Part shown: positions 40,496 through 55,237 of the stretch, piece after piece
How the letters are laid out: every line of letters starts with the position of its first letter
Position numbering within the stretch: position 1 is the first letter of the stretch
Origin: an uncultured Verrucomicrobiae bacterium
GTDB lineage: Bacteria; Verrucomicrobiota; Verrucomicrobiia; Opitutales; JABDGR01
Direction of reading: 5' to 3'
DNA length: 64,000 bases
Assembly (NCBI GenBank): GCA_963765205.1
Contig: CAVXVB010000009.1
Span: 1,280,001-1,344,000 of the forward strand
Notes under the pieces: generated by a model
Databases searched by the model: none
What the model saw: the letters and a program-made list of their open reading frames with translations, nothing else
Told to the model about the DNA's origin: nothing
Program-made: the position numbers and the translations under genes

Positions 40496-42964
40496 TTACG
40501 GCCCGGCGTCCAGCACTGCATCGTAATCCCAGGCAATACTCACGTCTTTGATCCGCAGGACATCGCTTCCATCAGCAGGGAACGCGGGCCAAGCGGTTTT
40601 TTCCAAGAAGATTTTGGTGTCCTGGCGCAGCGGGAGAATTTTCAAATCGAGGCCCTTCGCCAGTTCGTCCGGGGTGAAGCGCCAGAGGCCGATTTCCCAA
40701 GTGGTGCCCTTGTAGAAATTGTCGTCGGCGAAGCGGCTCCCGGCGTAGAGGCGCGCGACATCGCCTTCATAATTGATTTGCAGGACGGGCCGCGCGTGAA
40801 CGTGCGCAAGCAGGTCGGCGGGCATTTTCAAGGTCCAGTCCGCCGCGCGGTCGAAATCGGCGTCGGCGGGTTCCGCGAGGTTTTTCTTGCTGCCCATTTG
40901 CGCGGGCTGCGACGGCCCGGCGGGTTTGGTCTGGGTCAGCTCCACCGCGGCTTTCACTTCCGGCACCGAGGCAGTGAACTGCTGAAAGATGCCGTCCATG
41001 CCCGCCGCACTAAAGCCGGCGGGGTTGCCGCCAAGCGCGGGAAACACGCCCACTTTGAGGTCCGCGGGATTGCGCGCGGTGAGATGGACTTGATCCCCAT
41101 CGAAGAACAAACCAGCGGAGGAGAGAAAGAACCGATCCTTTCCGGCGACCTTCGCCTGATAAAGATTGAGCGCCTGCTCGCGCGTGAGTACTACGATTTG
41201 CGTGGCCTTGCCGGCGTGGGTCACGCGGATGGCCGCATCCGTTCCAGGCATGAGGCCGCTGATGTAGGTGGTGCCGCCGTCTTTGGAAATCGTCGCCTTG
41301 GGCGCGTCCACCGTGTCGCCGTCGGCCAACGCAAAGGAAAACTCGGGCGCGGTGCCCAGCCAGGCAAAGAAAATATAGGTATCGGGGTCGCTAATTTTGC
41401 CCACCAACTCAGCAGTCGCGGATTGCAGGGTGATGCCGTTCACGTCGAGATTCACCGGCCAAATGGTGTATTCGCCATAAGGAATCGTGGTCGGCGTGTG
41501 CGGCACCGTGACCGCCCCGCCGGGCAGCTTGAGCGAAACTTGAAAATCCTTGTGTTCATTCAGTCCGTAATTGCGTTCGTAGTTGTTGATGAAAATGAAC
41601 GCCGCTTTGCCATCCGCGCGGGTGGTAACGCGCGCGGTCGTGTAATCGCTGGTGTTGGCCGGCTGTTGGTCGGCAAAATACGCGGGCATCGGCGCCAACT
41701 GCGCGCCGAAATCATTCAGAAACAAATGCAACACCTTGGTCGTCCCAAACGAGGGATGAAATTGACCGAACTCGCCGAGCGGGGCCTGGAAATCATACGA
41801 TTTCTGCTCCATGTCGTTGTAGCCTTTACCGTCGGGCTGCGACTGCGTTTCCTGGAGCGACGTTTGGCCGTCGGGGTTGGTGCCGCCGTGATACATATAG
41901 TAGCCGAGCAGCGTGATGCCGGAACCGATTTTCACCAAGGCCGCCGCGGTCGAATCATCGGCATACATGATGGGCCGGCGATGGTAGGCGATGGCCATGC
42001 CGCCGCCCATCTCAGCCGTCAGAAACGGAAAGCCGGCGAACTTCTCGTCGTAGCCGGGATATTTTTCGCCGAGATTATTGCCGACATTGTCCTCCGCGCG
42101 ATGTGTGTCGAAAAAGAAATTCACGTTGGGCGGGAGTTCTTTCTGGCTGGCCGCCCAGAATTGCTCGGTGTAGCCGCCAAAAACCGGCAGGTAGCCCGCC
42201 GCGGGGAACGTCGCGCGATCCCAGCCAGTGACATCGTAAAACGGCGCTTCGAGGCCCGCCGCCAGCGCCAGTTGCTTTAATCGCGCAAGATGGTCGGCGC
42301 TGCCCTTGAATTCATTTTCGAGCTGCACGCCGATGACCGGGCCGCCGTCCTTCCACAGCAGCCCCTTCAATTGCTGGCCGATCTGGTTGAAATACGGCGT
42401 CACATCCGCCAGATACGCCGCGTCGTTGGTGCGGGTGCGGGTGCTGTCCTGCAACACCCAATCGGGAATGCCACCGTTGCGCACCTCGGCATGGTCCCAC
42501 GGCCCGATGCGCACCCAGACATACATTCCATGCTTCGCGCACAACTGCACGAACTGGCGCAGGTCTTTATTGCCCGCAAAATCAAACACCCCTTTTATTT
42601 CCTCGTGGTGATACCAAATAATATAACAGGATACGATGTTGATGCCCCCGGCCTTCATCTTGAGGATTTCGTTTTCCCACTCCGCCGCCGGGTAACGTGA
42701 ATAGTGAAACTCGCCCATCACCGGAAAGAACGGCTGGCCGTCGCGCGTGAAGTAGCGGCTGTTGACCGACAACACGTGCCCGTCGGGCGACTGGCCCCCG
42801 ACCGAAAACGCCAACGCCGTGGGCGCGGCGGGCGGCACACTAGCGTCAACGGTGACGACTTCCGCGCGCACGCTGACCTGCGCAACGGCGGCCAGGGCAA
42901 GGAGCGCAAACCGCGCTGACCGGACAAGGGATAAACAAATGTTGCTATTCGGAGTATGAATCAT
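40496..42964 (-). CDS. GH35 beta-galactosidase
   Basis: GEFHYSRYP, RIGPWDHAEVRNGG, QLENE, YYMYHGGTNP and SYDFQAPLGEFG motifs. Confidence 0.93.
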   Translation of the reverse strand: MIHTPNSNICLSLVRSARFALLALAAVAQVSVRAEVVTVDASVPPAAPTALAFSVGGQSPDGHVLSVNSRYFTRDGQPFFPVMGEFHYSRYPAAEWENEILKMKAGGINIVSCYIIWYHHEEIKGVFDFAGNKDLRQFVQLCAKHGMYVWVRIGPWDHAEVRNGGIPDWVLQDSTRTRTNDAAYLADVTPYFNQIGQQLKGLLWKDGGPVIGVQLENEFKGSADHLARLKQLALAAGLEAPFYDVTGWDRATFPAAGYLPVFGGYTEQFWAASQKELPPNVNFFFDTHRAEDNVGNNLGEKYPGYDEKFAGFPFLTAEMGGGMAIAYHRRPIMYADDSTAAALVKIGSGITLLGYYMYHGGTNPDGQTSLQETQSQPDGKGYNDMEQKSYDFQAPLGEFGQFHPSFGTTKVLHLFLNDFGAQLAPMPAYFADQQPANTSDYTTARVTTRADGKAAFIFINNYERNYGLNEHKDFQVSLKLPGGAVTVPHTPTTIPYGEYTIWPVNLDVNGITLQSATAELVGKISDPDTYIFFAWLGTAPEFSFALADGDTVDAPKATISKDGGTTYISGLMPGTDAAIRVTHAGKATQIVVLTREQALNLYQAKVAGKDRFFLSSAGLFFDGDQVHLTARNPADLKVGVFPALGGNPAGFSAAGMDGIFQQFTASVPEVKAAVELTQTKPAGPSQPAQMGSKKNLAEPADADFDRAADWTLKMPADLLAHVHARPVLQINYEGDVARLYAGSRFADDNFYKGTTWEIGLWRFTPDELAKGLDLKILPLRQDTKIFLEKTAWPAFPADGSDVLRIKDVSIAWDYDAVLDAGP

Positions 42965-43073
42965 GGGAGAAAAGTGTGTTTGACAATTTACCTTACCCCG
43001 CGACGTGTCAATCCGGGCATTTTCGGGTACAACCTGCTTAACTTTTCTCCCAGTTTATACCTGAAAAACAGAA

Positions 43074-43167
43074 AAGGCCCGCCGGAAAATTCCGGCGGGC
43101 CTTCGACAAAAAGAGATGCAGGGGCTGGATTTGAACCAGCGATCCCGCGGCCGCGGGATTATGAGCC
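43074..43167 (-). repeat. Duplicate of the tRNA-Met 3' half plus its terminator hairpin
   Basis: TGCAGGGGCTGGATTTGAACCAGCGA, TTATGAGCC and the GGCCCGCCGGAA..TTCCGGCGGGCC hairpin all repeat 43389-43473. Confidence 0.9.
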
Positions 43168-43380
43168 GTGCTGCGACTCGAGGAAACAACCGTTTCGGTC
43201 AAGTAGCGACTGAAGACCGCCGCCGCCCTTTTGGCGCTTGAGCAAATTTTCCAATTTCCGAGCCGAACCAAGGGGCATGATCAGCCGTCGAGCCACATTT
43301 TCACTGAGTCCAACATAACGGCGACCCTCATTGTTTTGCAGAAGGTAAACCTGATGACTTTTGCCTTGGTTAATGGCTAT
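43159..43380 (-). pseudogene. GIY-YIG nuclease (YhbQ/UPF0213-like) with an internal in-frame deletion
   Basis: HQVYLLQNNEGRRYVGLSENVARRL joined directly to MPLGSARKLENLLKRQKGGGG. No ATG start. Confidence 0.72.
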
Positions 43381-43388
43381 AAATAGGG

Positions 43389-43418
43389 AAGGCCCGCCGG
43401 AAAAGTTCCGGCGGGCCC
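43389..43418 (-). terminator. Hairpin downstream of tRNA-Met
   Basis: GGCCCGCCGGAA-AAG-TTCCGGCGGGCC. Confidence 0.7.
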
Positions 43419-43429
43419 GTGAAAAAGAG

Positions 43430-43503
<74 letters not shown>

Positions 43504-43620
43504 ATAAAAAGCGTGTAGAGGGTCACTTTGTCCGCGCTACGGCCCGTTGTCAAGCCGCGTTTGCGCGCGTAGTGTTGGCTTGATTTCTCAATTCTTAAAT
43601 CATAATTCTTAATTCGCTCC

Positions 43621-45024
43621 TCAATACGCCGTCTTTGGCGGATATAACACCTGGCCGATGGTGCGGAACATAATCTGGATGTCGAGGCCCAGCGTCCAGT
43701 TGTTGATGTAGTCCAAATCGTAGCGCACGCGGCGGCGCAGCACCTCAACGTCGGTGATTTCGCCGCGGAAGCCGAACGACTGGGCTAGGCCGGTGATGCC
43801 CGGCTTGGCAAAGTGGCGCATCGGGTAAACATCCACATACTGGTGGAACAGCGCGTCGTGCTCCGGCAAATGCGGGCGCGGGCCGACGCAACTCATCTCC
43901 CCGCGCAGGACATTGAGGAATTGCGGAAACTCATCGAGGCTGGTGCGCCGCAGCCATTGGCCAAAGGGGAAGATGCGCACGTCCCCCTTGGTCGCCTGCT
44001 TCGCTTCCGCAATCGTCCGTCCGGAGTCAACATGCATGGTGCGGAATTTCAGCAGCACAAATTCCGCCCGGTTATAGCCGCGGCGGCGCTGCTTGAAGAA
44101 CAGCGGACCGGCCGACTGCCGGCGGTGCCCCACCCACACCATCGGCACCAGCACGGGTAGCACAAAGAAAACCACGGGGATGCTGATGGCCAGATCAAAC
44201 GCGCGCTTGATGAAACGGTTGAGCAGGTTCTCGAGCGGCTCCTCGCGCAGCATAAAAAACATGTGCCCGGACTCCGTCACCGGAATCAGCGGTTGCGGGA
44301 AAATCCCCGCCCAGGGGTTGTAAATGAGCAGACGGCAGCCCTCGGAGTCGCACAAATTGGCCACGCGCCGCACCAGTTCGGGCGATTCGCGCGTGCCCAG
44401 CAGGATCACCTGGTGGATGTTGCGTTCCCGCGCGACGCGTTCGAGATCATACACCGACCCCAGCACTGGCCACGGCACCTCGCCGCCGCCCCCGCCATGC
44501 CACGTCAACTGGCCCGCGATCTCATAGCCCACCGCCGCGGTGGACTCGATCCAGTCGCGCACCCGCAACGCCGCTTCTATGTCCCCGATAATCAAACAGG
44601 CGCGCAAGTTCCGGCCCGAAAAAAGCAGTTTGGCCAGGCGGCCCGGCGCCAGCAGGTTCAGTAGAAACAACATTACCCAGGACACCCCCAGGTAGCTGAA
44701 CAACATCCCGCGGCTGACGATTTCGTTCTTGGTGACAAAGAAAAGCCCGAAGATCAGTGCGGCGAGGATCGCCATCTGCCGGTAAGTCACCCGCCAAGCC
44801 CATTCCAGACGCGGGCTGGGGCCGCTTTGCGCGCGGTAAAGATTAATGCCCATCAAGCCCGCCACCAGCGCCGCGCCCATGTAGGCCAGCACATCCCCGG
44901 TGGCGAAGTCCGCGCCGCTGAAATGTGCCCACAGCATCGAGACCACCAAGAATAGCAGGGGCAGCGCCACCGCCACCATGGCGCCCAACAGCCGGTATAG
45001 TCCTCTCGTGCGGTGATGAATCAT
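43621..45024 (-). CDS. Polyprenyl-phosphate sugar phosphotransferase (WcaJ-like)
   Basis: KRAFDL, KFRTM, LRRTSLDEFPQFLNVLRGEMSCVGPRP and KPGITGLAQ motifs. Confidence 0.93.
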   Translation of the reverse strand: MIHHRTRGLYRLLGAMVAVALPLLFLVVSMLWAHFSGADFATGDVLAYMGAALVAGLMGINLYRAQSGPSPRLEWAWRVTYRQMAILAALIFGLFFVTKNEIVSRGMLFSYLGVSWVMLFLLNLLAPGRLAKLLFSGRNLRACLIIGDIEAALRVRDWIESTAAVGYEIAGQLTWHGGGGGEVPWPVLGSVYDLERVARERNIHQVILLGTRESPELVRRVANLCDSEGCRLLIYNPWAGIFPQPLIPVTESGHMFFMLREEPLENLLNRFIKRAFDLAISIPVVFFVLPVLVPMVWVGHRRQSAGPLFFKQRRRGYNRAEFVLLKFRTMHVDSGRTIAEAKQATKGDVRIFPFGQWLRRTSLDEFPQFLNVLRGEMSCVGPRPHLPEHDALFHQYVDVYPMRHFAKPGITGLAQSFGFRGEITDVEVLRRRVRYDLDYINNWTLGLDIQIMFRTIGQVLYPPKTAY

Positions 45025-45199
45025 TGATTTGCAGGCAGTTATCGCCTCAATAGCCCTTCTCTTAATAGCGGCCATCATGCCCAAGGCGCAATCTGAATCG
45101 GTAACCCAGTGGGCCATCCCGCTGGGAGTTACCCCGCAGGCCCCCCTCAAAACTCAGCATTGCTGCCTCTGTCTTCCTTCTATAAAAACCCTCCAGGCC

Positions 45200-45510
45200 C
45201 AGCCTGTCCCCGAAGCCCACCCACAAGGCCGTCCTCGTTTATTACGAAAGCCTGGCCAAGTTCGAACAGCTCGGCATCAAACACGAAACCGCCGTCCGCT
45301 CCGCCTTTCAGGAATTGCTCGAACATTGTGCCCGCCAGTTCGATTGGAAACTCGTCCCCGAATTCCCCCTCAAGCGCAAAGGCCGGGCCGACGCCAAAGC
45401 CGACGGCGCGCTGCTCGACCACTACGGCCTCAATCACGGCCTCTGGGCAGCCAAGGACTCCGCCGACGATCTCGATCAGGAGATCAAGCACAAGTTCGCC
45501 CTCGGCTACT
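45200..45510 (+). pseudogene. N-terminal fragment of a fused restriction-modification enzyme (type ISP/IIG-like)
   Basis: KPTHKAVLVYYESL...HETAVRSAFQELL...ADGALLD...WAAKD..DDLDQEIKHKFALGY, then abrupt loss of similarity. Confidence 0.6.
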
Positions 45511-45574
45511 TGGAATTGATGGAGGGCAAAGGTGGTGATGATCTTCCGCCAGTCTCGACAATGGCGTGGGAAAT

Positions 45575-46273
45575 CTAGCTCATCGCCCACTCGCGTTCAT
45601 CTGACCCTTCAGGCTGGTCGCCCACCGCGCCCTGACTATCGAGCGCGGAGACCATGAGCGCAACCACATTAACCAAGTCAAGCGCCCCTTTTAAGCGCTT
45701 ACTGACGCTTTCCACGATTTTTTGATTCTTCAAGGACAATTCAGAATGGTAGCTCATGGTGACCTGACCCTTGCCAGCGGCGAGGTCTGCTTGCTCCTGC
45801 TTAAAGTAACTTTGCTCGTCGGAACGAACCTGCGCCTGCTTCTCGCTGATGTCCTCATCGTAGTCATCCTCGGTCGCCAACCCCTCGGGATCGAACTTGG
45901 TCCAAGGGTTCTGGCGGCAGTAAGCGTAGAAATTAAGCCCATCCGGCCCGAAGACGCCGCTGGGGTCGGGAGTGAGGAAGCTTTCGAGGCCTGGAACGCG
46001 GAGGCGCTGGCCCTCCTCGATCCAGCCGGTGGGGTCTTGTTCCTTGGTGTTGCTGTGGAAACGTTCCACCTCCGCCCCACTGGCCGTCCATTCCTGGGCG
46101 CCGTAGGCGGGCAGATTTTCTGGGCTTTCAGAAAGCGGCGGCGGGTTCGGGTTATGCCCGCCGTCCTCCGTAAAGGCAGCCTGGTCGGTGAGGTTGCCGA
46201 GTTTCCCGGTCGTTTGCGCCTCGACATCACCTCGACCATCATAATGATAGAGCGAGGGACTATCGTCATGCAA
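45575..46273 (-). pseudogene. Rhs repeat-associated core fragment with a C-terminal tip
   Basis: YHYDGRGDV, NTKEQDPTG, FLTPDP and DGLNFYAYCRQNPWTKFDPEG motifs. Confidence 0.8.
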
Positions 46274-46339
46274 AGATCAGAGTGATCTGCCCCCATTTAA
46301 TGGAAGGTATGTAGTGGGATAACCGACCAGAGGTTCGTA

Positions 46340-47100
46340 GCTCACCGATCTACTACTGGTGCAACAAGACCAGGCCAGCAGCCAACGGGGCCAGCGCCTG
46401 CAAACTTTCGACCTGACGCGCGTGCCGCACGTCCCGGCAGTGGTGATGGCCCCGGCCGGCGAGCAACGGCAGTTGATTTTCCAGCGACGCAGGCACCGGC
46501 GCAGCGGGCGACCGGCCCGGGTCCAGCGATTGCGGCGGCGGCCCCGATGAGGGGCGATCCGTTCGAGACCTTGGAGGGCCTGTGCCCGGTCGAGTTGGTC
46601 GGAGTCGCAGGGCCTTTGTCGCCCCTGAGCCGCCTCGGCCGGGCGGCGTGGCGTGGCACAAGGGTGGCGTCCCCCAGCGTTACATCCGCGGGCGCAGCGC
46701 TGGTTGGGCCAAGGGTGAGAGGAAGACCAGCGCGGTGTGCCACGGCCAGGATCTTGGTCCCTTTGCCGCGCTTCTTTTTGCCGACGGCCGCGCCCCCTTT
46801 TTCGCGGAGGCGAAGGTTGCGTCCGCCAAGCACCCGCGCAAGGCGAGTGGGCCGCGGGCGCCCAGGTCGTCGGCAAGGCCCGGGCGCACTTTGGTCAGCA
46901 CCCCTGCGCGGTGCCAGATTTGGAACCAGTCAGGCACCGGGTTCGACGGTCCCGTACCGGCTGGGCCGCTCGTCCCCAGGTGCGCGGGTGCGCAAAATCC
47001 ACAAGACGCGGTTGATCGCTTTGCCCGAATCGCGCCAGGACCGGCGGAGAAACGTTTTTAAGATGGCCCATTGTTCATCAGTGAGGCCCATCTCTAAGCA
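46340..47100 (-). mobile_element. Degenerate IS5-family element
   Basis: GILRTRAPGDEL, DATFASAKKG / GGAAVGKKKRGKGTKILAV with a slippery A/G run; multiple frameshifts. Confidence 0.72.
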
Positions 47101-47173
47101 CGGGAACTGTCAGCTACGTTAATGAACTGATGGGGAAACTTTTTTCGATTTAGCTAAAATGCAGAAAAACGGA

Positions 47174-48529
47174 TCAAATGTCTATCGTCGATGCTGTTTC
47201 CTTCGTTCCGGCGCCGAGCGACAAAATTATCGCCGCAGCGAGGGTCATACATGCGCACAGGAAGTAAATCCCGCCGTCAAACGAGCCGCTGCTGCTACTG
47301 GCTTGCAAGTGACCCAGCACATAGGGGCCGACAAAGCCGCCGAGGGAGCCGACGGAGTTGATCAGCCCGATGCTACCGGCGGCCGCCATTTCGGTGAGGA
47401 ACAAACTCGGCAGCGCCCAAAACGCGGGCTGATAACCTTTGATCCCGGCGAAAAACACAATGAAACACGTGATGGTCAGCGGCAGATGCCCGCGCGTCAG
47501 CGGCGCGAGCAACATGGCCACCAGGGCGAGGAGGATCGAAAAGGCGGCGTGACGACGATACTCCTTCCGTCGGTCGGAATGCCAACCCACCCACAGTTGG
47601 CTGGCCACTGCGGCGCAGGGCGGGAGGATGAGCAGCGAGGTCAGGTTATCCAGCTTAAGCGAATACCAGGAATCGAGAATACTGGGCAGGAAAAATTCGT
47701 AACCGTAATTCACGGTCACGCCGAACAAGTAGGCCAGCATCAGGCTCAACACCTTTGGGTTGAGCAACCCTTCCCGCAACGTCATGCGCCGACGCCCCGC
47801 CACTTGGGCCTTTTCCAGCACCAACTGTTCGGTAAGCGCCTGCTTTTCTGCGGGGGTCAGCCATGGCGCGTCGGCAGGGTGATCGGCGAGCGTGAAAAAC
47901 ACGATGATGCCGAGGGCGACGGCGGGCAGCCCCCAAAAAACATACACCCATTGCCAGCCGACGAGGCCGAGCAGGGCGGCATGATGCACCAGGGTGCCGG
48001 CGACCGTCTCGTCGGTGCCAATTTTTAGCAGCGCACCGGAAATTTTCGGGCTGAGGATTTGAGCGGCGGGGGTGGCAATCATAAACCAGGCCAGCGTGCG
48101 CGCCCGGTCGCGGCGGGGAAACCAGTGCGTGAGGTAAATCAAGACACAAGGGAAAAATCCGGCTTCGGCCAGCCCCAGCATGAAGCGGACAACGTAGAAC
48201 TGCAGGGGGGTTCGCACGGTGGCGGTGAGCGCGGCAACCAGCCCCCAACTGACCATAATCCGGCAGATTAACCGGCGGGCGCTCCATTTTTCGATGGCGA
48301 GCGCACAGGGAATTTCGAGCAAAATGTAACCGAGAAAAAACACCCCCGAGGCGGTCCCGATCACCGCGTTATCGAACCCGAGGTCTTTGAGCATCGTCAG
48401 CTTGGCGAGGGAAATATTGGCGCGGTCCACATACGCGATGACGTAAGCGAGAAAAAGCAGCGGCAACATTCGCCAGTAAGCTTTCTGGCGCGCGCGATTC
48501 AGGGCGGCGGGGTCAATCATGGTGCTCAA
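47174..48529 (-). CDS. MFS transporter, anion:cation symporter family (TtuB/RhmT-like)
   Basis: AYVDRANIS, RFMLGLAEAGFFP, WQWVYVFWGLP and GLINSVGSLGGFVGP motifs. Confidence 0.92.
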   Translation of the reverse strand: MSTMIDPAALNRARQKAYWRMLPLLFLAYVIAYVDRANISLAKLTMLKDLGFDNAVIGTASGVFFLGYILLEIPCALAIEKWSARRLICRIMVSWGLVAALTATVRTPLQFYVVRFMLGLAEAGFFPCVLIYLTHWFPRRDRARTLAWFMIATPAAQILSPKISGALLKIGTDETVAGTLVHHAALLGLVGWQWVYVFWGLPAVALGIIVFFTLADHPADAPWLTPAEKQALTEQLVLEKAQVAGRRRMTLREGLLNPKVLSLMLAYLFGVTVNYGYEFFLPSILDSWYSLKLDNLTSLLILPPCAAVASQLWVGWHSDRRKEYRRHAAFSILLALVAMLLAPLTRGHLPLTITCFIVFFAGIKGYQPAFWALPSLFLTEMAAAGSIGLINSVGSLGGFVGPYVLGHLQASSSSGSFDGGIYFLCACMTLAAAIILSLGAGTKETASTIDI

Positions 48530-48699
48530 GGCCGCGTGCTGGCGGGATGTTTTCGCAGGCGCGGTTTTATGGCTGAAGGGACATCATTCCGGTAAAATCG
48601 CCAAAGGGCAATGCGGGAGATGGCAGGGTGGGGGTCAAACGCTAATTTTTTCAATGGCTGGGGCGTGGCCCATGAGTTGGTACCGATGGGGAGTATTGC

Positions 48700-50119
48700 C
48701 TATTGCTTCCAATATTTATCCACAAAATTGAGGAAGACCTTCCAGTCGGCGGCGCTGATCTCATGGCGGCCGGTGTGGTAGTAATAGGCCAGGTCGCCGG
48801 CGATGACGGGCGTTTCCGGCGCGGGCCACTCGGTGATGCCCAAGTCTTTCGCGCCGACCAGGCGGTAAACCGGCCCCGGCCGCCACTTCGCCGAGGAATT
48901 CGCCCTTCGGGTCCGACCACTGATCCAGGCTGCCGCCAGTGATGAGCAGCGGGCGCGGCGCGATGAGCGAGATCAAAAAATGCGTGTCCACCGGCATGTC
49001 GTCCCAATGCCCGGCGTATTTTTGCAAATTGCCGGCGAACTGCCAGGGGAAGTTCTGCGCCATGTCGTCAATCGTCTCGCCAAAATCGCGCCGGCCGAGC
49101 GAGGAGCCGAGTTCTCCGCCCTGGCTCGAGAAGACAATGGAGAAGCGCGTATCCGCCGCGCCGGCCCACAACACCGTCTTGCCCAGGCGCGAATGGCCGA
49201 CGAGGGCGACGCGCTTGGCGTTCACCGCCGGGTCGGTTTCGAGATAATCCATGATGCGGCTAAGGCCCCAGGCCCAGGCACTGATGGTGCCCCATTCATC
49301 GGCTGCCGGTTTGTCCTGTCCCGGAGCGAGGGCGAGCTTGCGCACGAGGTTCAGGCTGGTCGTGGCCGAGTCGCCCTCGATGTCGGTGTAATGCACAATC
49401 GCGTAGCCGTAGCCGCGCGCCAGCAGGTCCGCAATCGGCTCCGGCGGGGTGACGCCGCGCGCGGCGGTCGCAGAGGGCGGCGGCGGTTTGGTCGGATCAA
49501 CGTCCGTGAGGCTGGGCGTGGGTGAGGGGTTGGCGGGTGCGGCGCCGAAGCTTATGCTCAACACCACCGGCACCGGGCCGGCGGCGTGCGCGGGGAGAAA
49601 CATCGCGATCTTCATCGTCGGGCCATCCGGCCCGCCGAAATGCCCCACGAGCTGCTTGCGAATCGCCGTGCCGTTCATCGCCTGCGGGTCGGTCGAGGCG
49701 ACTTCCCAAGTGACTTTCGGCGCGGTGTCCGGCACGCGGCCATAAATTTGCGTGGCATAATAGTTGACGATTTCCGGGCGGCGGAAATTGAACCAGGTGT
49801 CGGCATCCGTGACCGGAACGCCGCTGGCCAGCTTAAGCGGGTCGGGCAGGGTGTAGGGCGGGATTTTATCTTCGTAGTAATTCGTAATATGCCCAGTCTT
49901 CACGGCCACCTTGAGCGAGCGGCCATCGGCGTCCTTCAAAGCCGGCGCTGTCCCGCGCGCCGCCGTCGAAGTGGGAGCCGGGGTGGTGGTGGTTGCGGAC
50001 GGCGCGGAAGTTCCAGCGGAATCAGCCGGGCCGGTTTCCGCCGCGCGAAGGGGCAGGCTGGCGAAGGCCAGCAAACTTACCAAAGAGAAAATAAGAATAA
50101 ATCGGGTAAGGATTTTCAT
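48700..50119 (-). CDS. CE15 glucuronoyl-esterase-like protein; apparent 1-nt frameshift at ~48875
   Basis: WGTISAWAWG, GHSRLGK and LIAPRP. The corrected tail reads GPVYRLVG...HTGRHEISAADWKVFLNFVDKYWKQ*. Confidence 0.85.
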
Positions 50120-50240
50120 GGGGCAATAGGGTGGTTGTTACACTGATATTCTCCCACCCTAATTCCGCAACCACGAAAAACGGCGAGCAGCATTTCAGTT
50201 TAATCTTATAGCCAGACAATCCGCACCCGCATTGAAAAAT

Positions 50241-50933
50241 CTAAACCACTCCTTTGTTGAGTCTGTCGAACTCGGCTATGAAGTCGCCCATTTGGTCAAG
50301 TCGCTCCGCCTGCATGAGCGCCGGGAATGCGTCCTCGCCCTTATTGTTCGAGTATCTGGGAAGGTAAAATCGGTGGAAACAGCTAACTGCGCCAATCAAT
50401 ATAATCCAAGTATTGCCTCCACTAAATCGAAGCGGAAAAAGTGGCCCTCCACTAACCCCGGGGACTGCGACCCCATCTACGAGGTAACGGGAGTGGGGAT
50501 CGCCGGTGCATGCACTGATGTGGCCGGAAAAGAAGCAAAGTGTGTCGGGGTGGGTAGTGGGGAATCCAGCCCAACCAACTTCCTCACCAATTTCAAAGAT
50601 GTTGGCGGATGGCCCAATTTCTACACCTATCTTACGGAGTTTAGCAAATATCCCAGGCTTGACAGAGAGTATAATCGTATCGCCGCGTTCCAGAGTGGTG
50701 TCTTTGATTATTTTCCATTCCGATTTTTCCAGAGTTATCGAAGGAAGCCAACGTCCGTTAGAAAGCGTAATAGATGATTCACCGCTTTTTACATCCGCAA
50801 GCACATGGGCGGCCGTAACTATCAGTGCGGCATGATCATCCACTCGATAAACAAAACCCGTTCCATGCCCGGCATTAGTGTCGATTTTAACAGTTATCTC
50901 GGTCACGCATTCAACCGTGTGTTGCGGAATCAT
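50241..50933 (-). CDS. Trypsin-like serine protease, AT-rich (start uncertain)
   Basis: GTGF, VTAAHV, AGFP and GVSGGPL motifs. Confidence 0.8.
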   Translation of the reverse strand: MIPQHTVECVTEITVKIDTNAGHGTGFVYRVDDHAALIVTAAHVLADVKSGESSITLSNGRWLPSITLEKSEWKIIKDTTLERGDTIILSVKPGIFAKLRKIGVEIGPSANIFEIGEEVGWAGFPTTHPDTLCFFSGHISACTGDPHSRYLVDGVAVPGVSGGPLFPLRFSGGNTWIILIGAVSCFHRFYLPRYSNNKGEDAFPALMQAERLDQMGDFIAEFDRLNKGVV

Positions 50934-51056
50934 AATCACGTCACTTTTTGTGCGTTTTGGGAGTCGAGCAAGCCAATAAAACACCAACGCCTCTCCGGCG
51001 GGGGCCGGAGAGGCGTTGATATCTGAAAGCATCGGCAGCGCCGATACTGAATTGGG

Positions 51057-52723
<1,667 letters not shown>

Positions 52724-52780
52724 GGTATTTTAAGTAAGTTAAGAGGTTTATGATTTACGGTTTGCGGTTGGGTGGCTGGT

Positions 52781-52812
52781 GTAGGGGCGTCCCGCGAAGC
52801 GGGACTGCGCCC
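52781..52812. repeat. GTAG REP whose centre is replaced by a mini-palindrome
   Basis: GTAGGGGCG-TCCCGCGAAGCGGGA-CTGCGCCC, compared with the intact copy at 56193-56217. Confidence 0.75.
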
Positions 52813-52832
52813 TCTGACCATGGACAGCCGTT

Positions 52833-53129
52833 TTAGCCGATGACGCCGAGGATGTCGTCCTCGCGCAGCAGCGAATATTTGTCGTCACCGATTTTGACTT
52901 CGGTGCCGCCGTATTTGGAGACGAGGACCTTGTCGCCCACCTTCACTTCGAAGGGGATGACCTTGCCGTCGTCGTCTTTTTTGCCGGTGCCGAGCGCGAT
53001 CACTTCGGCTTCCTGCGATTTTTCCTTGGCGGAGTCGGGGATGATGATCCCGCCCTTCATTTGTTCTTTCTCTTCGATCGCCTTCACAAGCACGCGATCG
53101 CCGAGCGGTTGGATTTTCAGTTTGGCCAT
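52833..53129 (-). CDS. groS: Co-chaperonin GroES
   Basis: [22 protein letters not shown] and KYGGTEVK motifs. Confidence 0.97.
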   Translation of the reverse strand: MAKLKIQPLGDRVLVKAIEEKEQMKGGIIIPDSAKEKSQEAEVIALGTGKKDDDGKVIPFEVKVGDKVLVSKYGGTEVKIGDDKYSLLREDDILGVIG

Positions 53130-53263
53130 AGCAGTTGGTTGTTTTATGGGTTGGGAGGTTGGGGTTGAAAAGTAAGGATGAAGGCTGAGGGATGAAGGAT
53201 GAAGGGCGGAGGATAAAGGAAAAAATCAGATCTGGGACTGATTCATCCTTCATCCCTCAGCCT

Positions 53264-55207
<1,944 letters not shown>

Positions 55208-55221
55208 TTGCCTGAACGGTT

Positions 55222-55237
55222 AGCAATGGGCGTGCCT
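55222..55237 (-). promoter_or_regulatory. Sigma-54-like -24/-12 promoter immediately upstream of dnaK
   Basis: Minus strand AGGCACGCCCATTGCT (GG-N10-GC). Confidence 0.6.
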
